Source of the DNA: Clostridiales bacterium UBA7568
GTDB lineage: Bacteria; Bacillota; Clostridia; Oscillospirales; CAG-272
Length of the DNA: 64,000 nt
Reading direction: 5' to 3'
Assembly (NCBI GenBank): GCA_002479075.1
Contig: DLLG01000004.1
Span: 245,205 to 309,204 of the forward strand
The position numbers were made by a program, and so were the translations under genes. The notes under the pieces were generated by a model. The model was given only the letters and a program-made list of their open reading frames with translations, was not told the DNA's origin and did not search any database. Each line of letters starts with the position of its first letter. Within the stretch, counting starts at the first letter, position 1. Of the stretch, positions 19,193-28,127 are shown one piece after another.

Positions 19193-20290
19193 ATGAAAAT
19201 TAAAATTTTGGCGGCGGCTCTGTGCCTTGCGACGCTGTTTTCGGCGACGGTCTGTGCGGTGCCGTCTCCGGGCGATTCGGCGCGGGCGTCTGTCGTCATC
19301 GAGGCGGAATCCGGTGAGATTGTATTCGAAAAGAATGCGCACGAAAGAAAAGGCCCCGCGAGCACGACGAAGATTATGACGGCGCTCATCGCCCTTGAAA
19401 ACGGCGACCCGGAGGAGCTCGTAAAAGTCGATGCGCGCGCTGTCGGAACGGAGGGTTCGAGCGCATATCTTTGTGCGGGTGAGAGCGTTTTGCTTTCGGA
19501 CCTGCTTTATGCAATGATGCTCGGTTCGGCAAACGACGCTGCGGCGGCGATAGCGTATCACATCGGCGGCAGTATAGAAGGCTTTGCCGAAATGATGAAC
19601 GCAAGGGCGGCGGAGCTCGGTCTTTCGGATACGCATTTTGAAAACCCTCACGGTCTTGACGGGGAGAGCCATTATACCTCGGCTTATGACCTCTCTATGA
19701 TAGCGCGCGAGGCTCTGAAAAACGAAAAATTCAGGGAAATCGTTTCGACGAAAACGAAAGCGATAAAGCTCTCGGACGGAAATGTTTCCCGCGTTTTCAG
19801 AAATCATAACAGACTTCTCTTTGAATACGGAGACATAATCGGCGTCAAAACGGGGTTTACGAAAAAGTGCGGCAGGACGCTTGTTTCAGCCGCGGAAAGG
19901 GACGGGGTGACCGTCATCTGCGTGACCCTTTGCGACGGCGACGACTGGCGCGATCATCGCAGGCTGCTTTCCGCCGGACTTGACCTTTATGAAAAGGTCA
20001 CGCTTTGCAGAAGCGGAGAGTTGGAAAGCACGGTTCACGTCTGCGGCGGGGAAAAGGCGAGCGCAAGAGTTTCCTGCAAGGAGGAGCTTGCGGTTGTGCT
20101 CCCGAAAAATCACAGGAGGATAACGTCGTCCGTGTCGCTTCCGCCGTTTGTATATGCGGGTTTTGACGCAGGGAAAGAGCTTGGCTTCGTTACCTTTTAT
20201 CTGGACGGCGAGCCGATCGGGAAAGTTGCGCTTGCGGCGGACGAGGGGTGCGATATAAAGCAAAAAAAGAAAAATATATTCGGGAAATGA
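19193..20290 (+). CDS. D-alanyl-D-alanine carboxypeptidase (peptidase S11, DacB/DacF-like)
   Basis: Signal peptide. SxxK (ASTTK), SxN (SAN) and KTG (KTGFT) motifs. Confidence 0.9.
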   Translation: MKIKILAAALCLATLFSATVCAVPSPGDSARASVVIEAESGEIVFEKNAHERKGPASTTKIMTALIALENGDPEELVKVDARAVGTEGSSAYLCAGESVLLSDLLYAMMLGSANDAAAAIAYHIGGSIEGFAEMMNARAAELGLSDTHFENPHGLDGESHYTSAYDLSMIAREALKNEKFREIVSTKTKAIKLSDGNVSRVFRNHNRLLFEYGDIIGVKTGFTKKCGRTLVSAAERDGVTVICVTLCDGDDWRDHRRLLSAGLDLYEKVTLCRSGELESTVHVCGGEKASARVSCKEELAVVLPKNHRRITSSVSLPPFVYAGFDAGKELGFVTFYLDGEPIGKVALAADEGCDIKQKKKNIFGK

Positions 20291-20294
20291 GACA

Positions 20295-21011
20295 GTGGAA
20301 AAGATAAGAATTTCAAAATACCTTTCCGAGCAGGGGATAATGTCGCGCCGGACGGCGGACGAGGAGATCTCTGCGGGGAGGGTTTCGGTAAACGGCAAAA
20401 CGGCGGAGCTCGGGCAGAAGATAGACCCCGGGAGTGACGTCGTTACATACAAGGGAAAGCCCGTCGGCGGCGAGGTCAGAAAGGTCTGTATAATGCTCAA
20501 TAAGCCGAGAGGGTATATTACGACTATGGAGGACGAGCGGGGCAGGAAGTGCGTTGCCGACCTCGTTTCGGACGTCGGCGTGCGGGTCTATCCGATCGGC
20601 AGGCTGGACAGGGACTCCGAGGGGCTCCTGCTGTTGACGAACGACGGCGAGCTTGCGAATATGCTCACCCACCCGAAATACCATAAACCGAAGGTGTATA
20701 CGGTCAAGGTACGGGGCGAGGTTGACGAAAAAACAATAGAGCGGCTTGGTCGTCCGTTCAATATAGACGGCTACATAACAAAGCCGGCAGAGGTGAAAAA
20801 GCTTGGCGAGGCGGACGGGATAACGTCGCTTTCGATAAGGCTTTTCGAGGGCAGAAACCGGCAGATAAGAAAAATGTGCGATAAATGCTCGCTTGAGGTT
20901 GCGGAGTTGCGACGGATCTCGATAGGCGAGATAAGGCTTGGCGAACTTCCGTCCGGCAAATGGCGACAGCTTGACCCAGCACAGATAAAAAAGCTGAAAG
21001 GAGCGAACTGA
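20295..21011 (+). CDS. rluB: rRNA pseudouridine synthase RluB family
   Basis: GTG start. S4 domain followed by the RLDRDSEGLLLLTNDG catalytic motif. Confidence 0.9.
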   Translation: MEKIRISKYLSEQGIMSRRTADEEISAGRVSVNGKTAELGQKIDPGSDVVTYKGKPVGGEVRKVCIMLNKPRGYITTMEDERGRKCVADLVSDVGVRVYPIGRLDRDSEGLLLLTNDGELANMLTHPKYHKPKVYTVKVRGEVDEKTIERLGRPFNIDGYITKPAEVKKLGEADGITSLSIRLFEGRNRQIRKMCDKCSLEVAELRRISIGEIRLGELPSGKWRQLDPAQIKKLKGAN

Positions 21012-21392
21012 ATGCTCAAGATAAGACCTATAAGGGAAAAATCCGAGCAGGAGAGGATGTGCTCGCTGTGCGGAGTTGACTATAAGGAAAGCTATATGGC
21101 ATACGGAGCGTATGAGGACGAAAATCCGCTCGGCGTCAGCCAGTTTTATATAAGCGGCGAGGCGGGGTATATAAGCGAGTTTGCGCCCGTAGCGAATACT
21201 TTCGACGGCGAGGCGATGTTTATCCTCGGCAGGGGAGTTGAAAATTTTATTGAGACCGTCGGCATAAGCGACGCTTACTACCTCGGCGAGGACACGGCGT
21301 TTGTCCGCTCGCTCGGTTTTTCGGAGAAAAACGGGAAATTATATATGAATCTTTCCGCATTTTTTGCAGACCCCTGCAAAAATAAAAAATAG
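21012..21392 (+). CDS. hypothetical protein
   Basis: Starts directly after the rluB stop. I recognise no motif. Confidence 0.55.
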   Translation: MLKIRPIREKSEQERMCSLCGVDYKESYMAYGAYEDENPLGVSQFYISGEAGYISEFAPVANTFDGEAMFILGRGVENFIETVGISDAYYLGEDTAFVRSLGFSEKNGKLYMNLSAFFADPCKNKK

Positions 21393-21395
21393 CGG

Positions 21396-21424
21396 TTTAC
21401 AAACGGATTATTTTTTGATATAAT
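21396..21424 (+). promoter_or_regulatory. prfB promoter
   Basis: TTTACA, 17-nt spacer, TATAAT, with TG extension (TGATATAAT). Confidence 0.6.
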
Positions 21425-21464
21425 ATAAACAGGAAAGCCGATACCGGCGGAAGGACGTAACGAA

Positions 21465-22568
21465 ATGATAATCAGACTTGAAGAAGCAAAATACAAATTG
21501 CAGGGGCTGGAGGAGGACGTAAAAGAGCTTGGCTCCGCCCTTAAAATAGACAAACTCCGCGAGAACGCAAAGGCGCTTGAGGAGAAGACCTTTGAGGCAA
21601 ACTTCTGGGACGACCAGGAGAAATCCGGCGCAACGTTGCAGGAGCTGAAAAGAACAAAGGACAAAATCGAGGCTTATGAGAAGCTCTGCCGTCGCATAGA
21701 GGATTCAATCACTCTTGCCGAAATGGGCATTGAAGAAAACGACGAAAGCGTCTGCGACGAGGTCGAGTCCGAGGTCAAGGACCTTGAAAAGGGCATAGAA
21801 GCGATGAATATCGAAACTTTGCTCTCCGGCCCCTATGACAGAAACAACGCAATCCTCTCGTTCCACCCGGGTGCGGGCGGTACGGAGGCGCAGGACTGGG
21901 CTTCGATGCTTTACAGAATGTATACACGCTGGGCAGAACGTCACGGATATACGGTCAAGCTGCTTGACTGGCTTGACGGAGACGAAGCGGGACTGAAAAG
22001 CGCAACGATACTTATCGAGGGCACAAACGCCTATGGCTATATGAAGAGCGAAAACGGGGTTCATCGTCTTGTGCGCATATCTCCGTTTGACGCTTCGGGC
22101 AGAAGACATACGTCGTTTGCCTCTGTTGAGGTGACACCCGAAATGGACGATGACGACAGCATCGTCATAAAGCCGGAGGACATCGAAGTCACGGCGCACC
22201 GTTCAAGCGGAGCGGGCGGCCAGCACATCAACAAAACAGACTCCGCAATAAGAATCGTTCATAAGCCGACGGGAATCGTTGTCGGTTGTCAGACGGAGCG
22301 CAGCCAGCTTCAGAACAAGGAAACGGCGATGAAAATGCTCCGCTCGAAGCTCGCAGAGATAAAACGTCGCGAAAATCTTGAAAAGATTGACGATATCCGC
22401 GGAGATAAATCCAATATCGAATGGGGCTCGCAGATCCGTTCATACGTATTTATGCCGTATACGCTTGCAAAGGACAACCGCACCGGCTTTGAGGACGGTG
22501 ATATTTCCGCTGTTATGGACGGCGAAATTGATGAGTTCATAAACGCATACCTCAAAAGTATAGCGTGA
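21465..22568 (+). CDS. prfB: peptide chain release factor 2, encoded without programmed frameshift
   Basis: SPF (VRISPFDA) and GGQ (SGAGGQHINK) motifs. One uninterrupted frame from the N-terminus. Confidence 0.95.
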   Translation: MIIRLEEAKYKLQGLEEDVKELGSALKIDKLRENAKALEEKTFEANFWDDQEKSGATLQELKRTKDKIEAYEKLCRRIEDSITLAEMGIEENDESVCDEVESEVKDLEKGIEAMNIETLLSGPYDRNNAILSFHPGAGGTEAQDWASMLYRMYTRWAERHGYTVKLLDWLDGDEAGLKSATILIEGTNAYGYMKSENGVHRLVRISPFDASGRRHTSFASVEVTPEMDDDDSIVIKPEDIEVTAHRSSGAGGQHINKTDSAIRIVHKPTGIVVGCQTERSQLQNKETAMKMLRSKLAEIKRRENLEKIDDIRGDKSNIEWGSQIRSYVFMPYTLAKDNRTGFEDGDISAVMDGEIDEFINAYLKSIA

Positions 22569-22598
22569 AAATAATCAGATCGAAGGGAGATTGAAATT

Positions 22599-22910
22599 AT
22601 GTTCAAAAACAAAAAAATCGCAATGAGCTTTCTCGCTCAGCTTGGATCGCTTGCGTCAATTATTACATCTGTTGTGATGTTTGCAAAAAAGAAAAAGACG
22701 CTTGGCGGATTTTTCCTTGCGCTCGGACTTGTTTCGGGCATTGTCGGCTCCTTTATGCAGTTTGAAGAGAGCCATTCGGACATTCTGACAGATACCTGCG
22801 GTTGCGGCGACCCGAACTGCGAGGATTGCTGCGGCGATGAGCCTGAAGAGCAGGAGGACTGCGACATCGACGAAGGCGACCTTTTCGCCCGCGACGAAGA
22901 AGCCGAATAA
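22599..22910 (+). CDS. small membrane protein with Cys-rich acidic C-terminal tail
   Basis: AAGGGAG RBS. Two hydrophobic helices. Tail is TDTCGCGDPNCEDCCGDEPEEQEDCDIDEGD. Confidence 0.65.
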   Translation: MFKNKKIAMSFLAQLGSLASIITSVVMFAKKKKTLGGFFLALGLVSGIVGSFMQFEESHSDILTDTCGCGDPNCEDCCGDEPEEQEDCDIDEGDLFARDEEAE

Positions 22911-22921
22911 TTTCATCCTAT

Positions 22922-22955
22922 AAAAAATACCGCTCCGATCGGAGCGGTATTTTTG
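22922..22955. terminator. bidirectional rho-independent terminator
   Basis: Perfect palindrome ataccgctccGATCggagcggtat flanked by an A-run and a T-run. Confidence 0.85.
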
Positions 22956-22969
22956 TTTGAAAAATTCCG

Positions 22970-24355
22970 TTAAGACTTGCTTTTTATATATTCGTCAATC
23001 GCCTTTGCGGCTGTTTTTCCCGCGCCCATAGCAAGGATGACGGTTGCCGCGCCCGTTACGGCGTCGCCGCCCGCAAAAACGCCCTCGCGCGTCGTTTTTC
23101 CGTTTTCATCGGCTATGATACAGCCCCTGCGGTCGGTTTCAAGGCTCGCTGTCGTGTTTTTGATCATAGGATTTGGCGAAGTTCCGATTGCGATGATAAC
23201 GCAGTCGGCGGGGAGGGAATATTCGCTGCCATCGATCGGCACGGGGCTTGCGCGCCCGCTTTTATCCGGCTCGCCGAGCCGCATTTTCTGAAGGGTAACA
23301 GAGCATACGCTCCCGTCCTCACCGCCGGAGATGGCAACGGGTGTGCAGAGCATCGAAAAATCAATGCCCTCCTCCTTTGCGTGATGAACCTCTTCTTTCC
23401 TTGCGGGAAGCTCGTTTTCCGTCCTGCGGTAAACGACTGTAACCTCCGCTCCGAGTCTCTTTGCGCATCTTGCGGCATCCATTGCGACGTTACCGCCGCC
23501 TGAAACGATGACCCTTTTCCCTGCGAAAACGGGAGTTGCGGAATCGGACTTATACGCGCCCATAAGATTTATTCTTGTCAGAAATTCGTTCGCGGAATAA
23601 ACGCCCTTGAGGTTTTCTCCTGGTATGTTCATAAAGCGGGGCAGGCCTGCGCCGGAGCCGATGAACACGGCTTCAAAGCCGAAGTCATCAAAAAGCTCGT
23701 CTATTGTAAGTGTTTTGCCGATTACGGTGTTTGTCATAATCTTTACGCCCAGCGCGCGCAGACCGTCCGTCTCGTTTTTGACAATGCTCTTCGGCAGACG
23801 GAATTCGGGAATACCGTAAACAAGGACGCCGCCTGCTGTGTGCAGGGCTTCGAAAATCGTAACCTCATAGCCCATTTTCGCAAGCGCGCCGGCGCACGAA
23901 AGCCCGGAGGGACCAGAACCGACGATTGCGACTTTATGCCCGTTTGGCGGCGGCATCGTTGCGCTCTCCGGCTTTTCGGCGTGGCGGTCGGCGACGAAAC
24001 GTTCAAGCTTGCCGATGGCGACCGGCTCTCCCTTTGAGCCGCGCACGCAGTTGTGCTCACATTGCGTTTCCTGCGGGCAGACTCTGCCGCAGACTGCCGG
24101 CAGCGAGCTCGATTTTGAAATCACCTCATATGCGCCGTCAAAATCGCCCTGTGCGACCTTTGCGATGAAGGAGGGGATATCTATCCCGACGGGGCAACCT
24201 CTTGTGCAGGGCTTTGTTTTGCAGCTGAGACAGCGCTTCGCCTCTGCTATCGCCTGCTCCTCCGTATATCCGAGGGCAACCTCCGAAAAATTCCTGTTGC
24301 GGACATTCGGCTCCTGCTCCGCCATTCTGTTCTGAACCTGCGACATATCAGCCAT
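22970..24355 (-). CDS. nfnB: NADH-dependent reduced ferredoxin:NADP+ oxidoreductase subunit B (GltD-like)
   Basis: Two N-terminal Cys clusters (CLSCKTKPCTRGCP, CGRVCPQETQCEHNC). Dinucleotide folds GSGPSGLS and GGGNVAMD. Start at ATG 24355 behind AAGGGGTG. The ORF track extends to GTG 24364. Confidence 0.85.
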   Translation of the reverse strand: MADMSQVQNRMAEQEPNVRNRNFSEVALGYTEEQAIAEAKRCLSCKTKPCTRGCPVGIDIPSFIAKVAQGDFDGAYEVISKSSSLPAVCGRVCPQETQCEHNCVRGSKGEPVAIGKLERFVADRHAEKPESATMPPPNGHKVAIVGSGPSGLSCAGALAKMGYEVTIFEALHTAGGVLVYGIPEFRLPKSIVKNETDGLRALGVKIMTNTVIGKTLTIDELFDDFGFEAVFIGSGAGLPRFMNIPGENLKGVYSANEFLTRINLMGAYKSDSATPVFAGKRVIVSGGGNVAMDAARCAKRLGAEVTVVYRRTENELPARKEEVHHAKEEGIDFSMLCTPVAISGGEDGSVCSVTLQKMRLGEPDKSGRASPVPIDGSEYSLPADCVIIAIGTSPNPMIKNTTASLETDRRGCIIADENGKTTREGVFAGGDAVTGAATVILAMGAGKTAAKAIDEYIKSKS

Positions 24356-25196
24356 TTTCTTCACCCCTTTTCAGAAGGTTGCAAACTTTTTCGTCACAAT
24401 GTTTTTCAAACTCACGATACATTGAATTGCGTTTGATTACCTCGTCAAAATCGACGAGATGACCGTCAAAATCGGGTCCGTCGACACAGGCGAAAACAGT
24501 TTTTCCGCCGACAGTCAGCCGGCAGCAGCCGCACATTCCCGTCCCGTCTATCATTATCGGATTCATACTGACAACCGTCTTTATGCCGAGCTCTTTTGTC
24601 AGCTTGCAGACGAATTTCATCATCATAAGCGGACCTATTGCGATGACCTCATCGTATTTTTCGCCGAGCTCTATAAGAGCGCGGAGCTTATCCGTAACAA
24701 GCCCCTTTTCCCCGGCGGAGCCGTCGTCAGTCATAAGAAAGAACTTGTCGCTTGCGGAGGCGAATTCGTCTTTGAGTATCACAAGACCCTCCGAGCGGAA
24801 GCCGACGATGCTGTGTACCGTCGCACCGGATTTGTGTAGCTTTTTGGCGACGGGCAGGGCGATTGCGCTTCCGACCCCGCCCCCGATAACGGCGACTTTT
24901 CCGAGCCCCTCTGTTTCCGTTGCTTTGCCGAGAGGACCGACAAAATCCGGAATATATTCGCCTGCGTTTTTCGCCGCAAGGAGCTTTGTCGTCGCGCCGA
25001 CTGTCTGAAAAATGATGGTGACAGAGCCGTTTTCGCGATCAAAATCCGCAATGGTCAGCGGGATGCGCTCGCCCTCCTCCGAAACACGCAGAATTATAAA
25101 CTGCCCCGGCTCGGCTTTCCTTGCAACGAGCGGAGCTTCGATCTCCATTTTTACGATCGCATCGCAAAGGGCGGTCTTCGAGATTATTTTATACAT
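24348..25196 (-). CDS. nfnA: NfnA / sulfide-dehydrogenase-like FAD/NAD-binding subunit with 2Fe-2S
   Basis: Ferredoxin-reductase-like fold and C-terminal DGTGMCGCCRL cluster. Overlaps the nfnB start. Confidence 0.85.
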   Translation of the reverse strand: MYKIISKTALCDAIVKMEIEAPLVARKAEPGQFIILRVSEEGERIPLTIADFDRENGSVTIIFQTVGATTKLLAAKNAGEYIPDFVGPLGKATETEGLGKVAVIGGGVGSAIALPVAKKLHKSGATVHSIVGFRSEGLVILKDEFASASDKFFLMTDDGSAGEKGLVTDKLRALIELGEKYDEVIAIGPLMMMKFVCKLTKELGIKTVVSMNPIMIDGTGMCGCCRLTVGGKTVFACVDGPDFDGHLVDFDEVIKRNSMYREFEKHCDEKVCNLLKRGEENG

Positions 25197-25425
25197 TTTT
25201 ATCCTCCGAAAAGGAATTATAAAAGTAATATATCATATTATGCGGAAAAATACAAGTCGGCATTATCTCCAAATCGCGGCTAAAATCGGAGATCTTTCGA
25301 TTTGCCCTCGGTACTTTCGGCAGAAAAATGTAAATTTTCTGATTTTGTAACATTTTCTATTGATAAATAAAAAATCGGGGTATATAATAACCTTGAATTC
25401 AAACGAAAAAAGAAAGGATGGTATT

Positions 25426-27972
25426 ATGCAAGACAAAAAGTTTTCCGTTTCGGGAATGACGTGCGCCGCGTGCTCGGCCCACGTTGAAAAGGCTGTACGC
25501 GGGGTCGAAGGGGTCAAAGAGGTTTCTGTCAGTCTTCTGACAAATTCGATGACCGTCACCTATGACGCTCCCGCAACGGATGAAAAAATATGCTCTGCGG
25601 TTTCCTCCGCGGGCTATGGGGCAAGCGTTTTCTCCGCCGACGGCAAAAAGAAACGGACGGAACCGGTTGACGACGGGGCGGAAGCCCGGGCTGTGCTTTT
25701 CAGGCTCATAGCGTCGCTGTGTTTGCTCATTCCTTTGATGTATATATCGATGGGACACGTTATGTGGGGCTGGTGGCTTCCTGCATTTATGGAAAATCAC
25801 CTTGTTCTCGCCGTAACGGAGCTGGTACTGACGGCGGCTGTTATGATAATAAATCAGAAATTCTTCGTCAGCGGCACAAAGGGACTTCTTCACGGCGCAC
25901 CGAATATGGACACGCTTGTTTCAATGGGTAGTGCGGCGGCGTTTATATACAGCCTTGCGTTGCTTTATAAAATGTGTGTTACGACCGATATGGAAGCGCT
26001 CCATTCGCTTCTGCACGGAATGTATTTTGAGTCTGCGGCGATGATACTGACGCTGATAACCGTCGGTAAAATGCTGGAGGCGCACAGCAAGGGCAAAACG
26101 ACGAGCGCGATCAGATCGCTTATGGAGCTTTCGCCGAAAACGGCGACCGTCATCAGGGACAGAAAGGAAACTGTCATCTCCGCGGATGATATGGTAAAGG
26201 GAGATATATTCATCGTCCGCCCCGGAGAGAGCATCCCCTGCGACGGAGTTGTGCTCGAGGGCGAAAGCGCGGTAAACGAGGCGGCGCTGACGGGCGAGAG
26301 CCTGCCCGTCGATAAGAGCGCAGGATCAAAGGTCAGCGCGGCGACGATAAACCAGAGCGGTTTTCTCCGCTGCGAGGCGACGAGAGTCGGCGGGGAGACG
26401 ACCCTTTCGCAGATAATCGAAATGGTTGAAAATGCGGCGGCTTCAAAGGCGCCGATCGCAAAAATTGCGGATAAGGTTTCCGGAGTTTTCGTTCCGACCG
26501 TCATCGGCATAGCCGCTGTCACGTTTATAGTATGGATGATAATAGGCAAGGGAATACCCTTTGCGCTTGCGAGAGCGATAAGCGTGCTCGTCATCAGCTG
26601 TCCGTGTGCGCTGGGGCTTGCAACGCCGGTCGCGATAATGGCGGGCAGCGGCAAGGGCGCAAAGAACGGTATCCTTTTCAAGACTGCGGCTTCTCTTGAA
26701 GCGGCGGGCAAGGTATCATATATAGCATTTGACAAAACGGGAACCGTCACAGAGGGCAAGCCCCGCGTGACGGATATAATCCCCGCAGGCGGCATAAGCG
26801 AAAACGATCTTCTGCTTGTTGCGGCGAGCCTTGAAGAAAAGAGCGAGCATCCGCTTGCAAAGGCGATAACGGAAAAAGCCTCGGCTGACGGGCTTTCTCA
26901 TAACGCTGTTGACGGCTTTTCTGCCCTTCCGGGGCACGGAGTCCGGGGCAACGTCGGCGGGAAGGTGCTTCTCGGCGGAAATGCGGCGCTTATGCGCGAG
27001 AGCGGGATTGACGCGGGCGACCTTTTCGGCAAGGGCGAGGAGCTCTCATCGGAAGGAAAAACGCCGCTCTATTTTGCGATGGACGGTAAGCTCCTCGGCA
27101 TAATCGCCGTTGCGGATACCGTAAAGCCAGACAGCGCAAAGGCGATCGCCGAGCTGAAGAAAATGGGCATTGTTACTGTTATGCTCACGGGCGACAACAA
27201 GCGCACGGCGACGGCTGTTGCAAAGAAGGTCGGGGTTGACGCCGTAATAAGCGACGTGCTTCCGGACGGCAAGGAAGCCGTTATAAAGCGGCTCTCCGAG
27301 CACGGCAGCGTCGCTATGGTCGGCGACGGAATAAACGATGCGCCTGCGCTGACAAGAGCGGACGTCGGAATAGCTGTCGGAGCGGGAACGGACGTCGCGA
27401 TAGATTCTGCGGATATAGTTCTGATGAAAAACGAGCTTTGCGACGTATCGGCGGCGATAAGGCTTTCGAGAAAAACGCTTATGAATATCAAGGAAAACCT
27501 TTTCTGGGCGTTCTTCTATAACTGCATCGGCATACCGATAGCGGCTGGAGTGCTGATTCCGATAGGCTTTGCGCTCAGCCCGATGATCGGCGCGGCGGCG
27601 ATGAGCCTTTCGAGCTTCTGCGTTGTCACAAACGCACTGCGTCTCAATCTTGTCAACGTTTATGACGCAAGGCGCGACAGAGAACACAAAAAAGCGGCGA
27701 TACCGGATTTCATCTCCGGCGAGGCTGCGTGCAATATCAAAAAGGAGGATAACAATATGAAAATCGTAAAGGTGCTGACGGTTGAGGGAATGATGTGCAG
27801 TCATTGCAAGGCGAGAGTCGAGCAGGTGCTGTCCGCCGTAGACGGAGTTGAAAAGGCGAAGGTTGATCTTGAGAAAAAGACGGCGACTGTCGTTCTTTCC
27901 CGCGACGTTGACTGCGGCGAGCTCAAAAAAGCGGTTACGGACGCCGGATATAAGGTTACGGACTGCAAATAA
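25426..27972 (+). CDS. copA: copper-translocating P1B-type ATPase with N- and C-terminal HMA domains
   Basis: Start at ATG 25426 behind AAAGGATGG. Motifs GMTCAACSAHV, CPC, DKTGT and GDGINDAP. C-terminal second HMA domain (GMMCSHCKARV). Confidence 0.95.
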   Translation: MQDKKFSVSGMTCAACSAHVEKAVRGVEGVKEVSVSLLTNSMTVTYDAPATDEKICSAVSSAGYGASVFSADGKKKRTEPVDDGAEARAVLFRLIASLCLLIPLMYISMGHVMWGWWLPAFMENHLVLAVTELVLTAAVMIINQKFFVSGTKGLLHGAPNMDTLVSMGSAAAFIYSLALLYKMCVTTDMEALHSLLHGMYFESAAMILTLITVGKMLEAHSKGKTTSAIRSLMELSPKTATVIRDRKETVISADDMVKGDIFIVRPGESIPCDGVVLEGESAVNEAALTGESLPVDKSAGSKVSAATINQSGFLRCEATRVGGETTLSQIIEMVENAAASKAPIAKIADKVSGVFVPTVIGIAAVTFIVWMIIGKGIPFALARAISVLVISCPCALGLATPVAIMAGSGKGAKNGILFKTAASLEAAGKVSYIAFDKTGTVTEGKPRVTDIIPAGGISENDLLLVAASLEEKSEHPLAKAITEKASADGLSHNAVDGFSALPGHGVRGNVGGKVLLGGNAALMRESGIDAGDLFGKGEELSSEGKTPLYFAMDGKLLGIIAVADTVKPDSAKAIAELKKMGIVTVMLTGDNKRTATAVAKKVGVDAVISDVLPDGKEAVIKRLSEHGSVAMVGDGINDAPALTRADVGIAVGAGTDVAIDSADIVLMKNELCDVSAAIRLSRKTLMNIKENLFWAFFYNCIGIPIAAGVLIPIGFALSPMIGAAAMSLSSFCVVTNALRLNLVNVYDARRDREHKKAAIPDFISGEAACNIKKEDNNMKIVKVLTVEGMMCSHCKARVEQVLSAVDGVEKAKVDLEKKTATVVLSRDVDCGELKKAVTDAGYKVTDCK

Positions 27973-27983
27973 AACAGACTTCG

Positions 27984-28012
27984 GCGGGGGCGAAAGCCTC
28001 CGCTTTTCTTTT
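27984..28012 (+). terminator. rho-independent terminator after copA
   Basis: 8-bp stem gcgggggc/gcctccgc, GAAA loop, then TTTTCTTTT. Confidence 0.75.
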
Positions 28013-28013
28013 G

Positions 28014-28042
28014 TTGACATGGCGCGACGGCGGCTGTATAAT
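28014..28042 (+). promoter_or_regulatory. consensus sigma-A promoter
   Basis: TTGACA (28014-28019), 17-nt spacer, TATAAT (28037-28042). Confidence 0.7.
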
Positions 28043-28127
28043 TGAATTGTGAAAAAATAAAATTTTTTTGCAACCTTTTGAAATATCCGCACACTATCTT
28101 ATCGAAAGCGGAGAAAGGAAAAGTTTT

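Noticed and set aside
21531-21551. The expected CTT TGA C programmed frameshift site in prfB.
   Set aside because: It is not present. The sequence reads CTT AAA ATA GAC and the frame is continuous. The absence is reported as a finding instead.
25197-25425. A CsoR or CopY operator upstream of copA.
   Set aside because: I could find a TTGATA-17-TATAAT promoter and a short TTGAATTCAA palindrome, but nothing resembling the operators I know. No claim is made.
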